64,000 bases of DNA from an uncultured Anaerolineaceae bacterium (GTDB lineage Bacteria; Chloroflexota; Dehalococcoidia; Tepidiformales; Tepidiformaceae). The translations under genes were made by a program, and so were the position numbers. The notes beneath the pieces are model-generated. The model saw nothing but the letters and a program-made list of their open reading frames with translations. It ran no database searches and had not been told where the DNA came from. The stretch is taken from NCBI GenBank assembly GCA_964474285.1, contig CAYYSD010000003.1, forward strand, positions 478 through 64,477, given 5' to 3'. Of this stretch, positions 62,400 to 64,000 are shown one piece after another (the stretch's first letter is position 1; each line of letters opens with the position of its first letter).

Positions 62400-62818
62400 C
62401 GTCACATGCCAGGTGTAGCTGTTCTGCACCACTCCGCTGGCGCACACAGCGTCCAGCGTATAGCTCACACTCGCGATTGTAGTGCTTTCGTTCTTCACAT
62501 GGCCGATGTCGGTCAGTCGATCTGCGGTGTCATGTGTAGCTGCTCACGATCCCGGTCCCGCTCGGGAGCGCCTTCGCTGTCATAGCCATTGGCGACCGCG
62601 TTACTATTCCAGTCGGTCACGCTCGTGAGGCGGTCGGCGTTGTCGTAGCCGAACGTCACCTGGTTCGACCCGCCGGGTAGGTGACACTCGTGCGCCGGCT
62701 GGCCTTCAACTTCCAGGCAACTCAGTTGGGCGTTTGGGGCCCGAGGTGAATTTCCTGAGAAGGTGCATCGGGTTTGCCGGTACACGTTCCGTGCGAGCAG
62801 GTACGGTGCCGTTCCCAC
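62400..62818 (-). pseudogene. decayed YD/RHS-repeat protein fragment
   Basis: Minus-strand frame 1 reads VTFGYDNADRLTSVTDWNSNAVANGYDSEG. A second frame, after a frame break near 62515-62545, reads DTADRLTDIGHVKNESTTIASVSYTLDAV. Both resemble the Y-D-x-x-G-R-L repeats of RHS/YD proteins. There is no intact long ORF, and GC looks lower than in the surrounding sequence. Confidence 0.45.
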
Positions 62819-62958
62819 CCGGCCGAGACCGTGTCCTCGTCCCGCCGTGATCTTTGGTACTGGCGAAGAACGTCAGCGCATGTCGCGCGAGCGCCTGCCT
62901 GCCCGCACTCGAACCCATCACAAGACAGTAAACTCGCTCTCTCGAAGGAGCGGTTGCT

Positions 62959-64000
62959 ATGCCGTACTACGCACGCAGTGACAACGGGGCCGGTGAGAAG
63001 CAACTTCTCAAGGATCATCTTCAGCAGGTCGGCGAACTCGCAGAGGCTTTCGCCGCGGCTGCTCAGCTTCCGCCAGATCTGGGGCGCTGGGCCGGACTCC
63101 TGCACGACCTCGGCAAGTACTCGGACGAGTTCCAGATCCATCTGGCCAGGCAGGACCATGACCTCGTCGAGCATGCGTGCCACGGAGCGGCAATCGCCGC
63201 GTCCGCCAACGCGATCGAAGTCGCGTTCGCCGTCGCGGCGCACCATAGCGGACTCGGGTCGAAGACCGGGATCAGCGAGCTTCTGAGGAACCGCGACGAG
63301 CGGACCGCCTCCCTGAGCCCGGGGGCGGGCGTCCTGGACAGAGCTCGTCGGTTTGCGGAGCTCGCGATGCAGGATGGAGCCTTCCCGAGCCTGCCGGGAC
63401 GGCAAGCAGGCGCGACCAGGGGGGACGAGCTCCGGCTGGAATTGCGCACGCGAATGTTGCTTTCGTGCCTGGCCGACGCCGACCGGCTGGACGCCCAGCG
63501 CTGGGCAACGCCCGGCGACACCGCGACTCGCACCCTTCCACCCCTGGACGCGCCGAGCGCACTCTCGTCGGTCCTCCGGCACATCGAGGCGCGGCGTTCC
63601 GGCTCACGAGGTGCCGACCATGTGAACGCGGCGCGCGATGAGGTGCTCTCCGCAGCGCTTGCGGCCGCGGAGGCAGACTCCGGATTCTTCTCCCTGACCG
63701 TTCCCACAGGCGGGGGCAAGACGCTCGCTTCCCTGGCGTTCGCCTTGCGACATGCTGAGTTCGCGGGAAAGCGGCGGATCATCTTCGTGTTGCCGTTTCT
63801 CGCGATTATCGAACAGAACGCCGATGTGATTCGACGTGCCGTCGGCGGACAGACGGTATTGGAACACCATTCAGGTTCACTCGCGCTTGAACCGGGCGAG
63901 GACCAGCAGCTCGCTGCCGTTCGTCGTCGTCTCCTCGCGGAGAACTGGGATGCGCCAATCGTTGTGACCACGACGGTGCAGTTCTTCCACAGCCTCTTTT
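62959..64000 (+). CDS. cas3: CRISPR-associated Cas3 (N-terminal HD nuclease + SF2 helicase), 3' end beyond the window
   Basis: My own translation from ATG 62959, with GAAGGAG at 62944-62950, shows no stop to the window end. The ORF is absent from the track. MPYYARSDNGAGEKQLLKDHLQQVGELAEAFA..., HD motifs GLLHDLGKY, VAAHHSGL and LSCLADADRLD, Walker A FSLTVPTGGGKT, then LEHHS and WDAPIVVTTTVQFFHSLF. Confidence 0.85.
   Translation, partial: MPYYARSDNGAGEKQLLKDHLQQVGELAEAFAAAAQLPPDLGRWAGLLHDLGKYSDEFQIHLARQDHDLVEHACHGAAIAASANAIEVAFAVAAHHSGLGSKTGISELLRNRDERTASLSPGAGVLDRARRFAELAMQDGAFPSLPGRQAGATRGDELRLELRTRMLLSCLADADRLDAQRWATPGDTATRTLPPLDAPSALSSVLRHIEARRSGSRGADHVNAARDEVLSAALAAAEADSGFFSLTVPTGGGKTLASLAFALRHAEFAGKRRIIFVLPFLAIIEQNADVIRRAVGGQTVLEHHSGSLALEPGEDQQLAAVRRRLLAENWDAPIVVTTTVQFFHSLF

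Noticed and set aside
62357-62958. Possible CRISPR array or leader next to cas3
   Set aside because: Reading the 600 bp shows no direct repeats of 25-40 nt at regular spacing. The region only translates into frame-broken YD-repeat remnants.
62722-63971. 286-aa and 302-aa minus-strand ORFs at the right end of the window
   Set aside because: They are antisense to the cas3 frame, which has HD and helicase motifs and a good RBS. The minus-strand products are Arg/Ala/Ser-rich without motifs.

Overview
GC-rich bacterial chromosomal window, almost fully coding. I found no rRNA, tRNA or CRISPR array. I call about 50 genes. Many long overlapping ORFs in the supplied track are GC-driven shadows of these genes.

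Content is dominated by acyl-CoA catabolism:
- 6 family III (CaiB/BaiF-type) CoA-transferase genes, 3 of them tandem two-module fusions
- 5 acyl-CoA dehydrogenases and 4 crotonase-fold proteins
- a thiolase-like protein lacking the nucleophilic Cys, with a DUF35 partner
- a DECR-like SDR and an extended-SDR (epimerase/dehydratase family) protein, a nitronate-monooxygenase-family protein and 2 LLM flavin oxidoreductases
- a single-chain BC-BCCP-CT acyl-CoA carboxylase
- three Dpp/Opp-type ABC importers (binding protein plus 2 permeases each, no ATPase genes), with TetR/GntR regulators

From 30461 to 60029, 26 genes lie on the minus strand with a single plus-strand interruption.

Other content:
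- a secreted CSLREA/parallel beta-helix protein with an unrecognised duplicated C-terminal unit
- a polytopic membrane protein with a C-terminal patatin-like lipase domain
- a cluster with a penicillin-acylase-family Ntn hydrolase and a PAL-like NHL propeller
- a hybrid sensor kinase and a decayed YD/RHS fragment
- the 5' part of a cas3 gene (HD nuclease plus helicase) that runs off the right edge and is absent from the supplied ORF track

Most noteworthy observations:
- All three tandem CoA-transferases keep the catalytic Asp only in the C-terminal module. An adjacent split gene pair mirrors that arrangement.
- A 30-nt AT-rich promoter/operator box is repeated upstream of three catabolic operons.
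- The window holds a bbs/Ltp2-like gene set built around the Cys-less thiolase-like protein.

I could not demonstrate a clearly novel self-contained system such as a defence system. The findings are hypotheses based on by-eye motif reading, without database searches.
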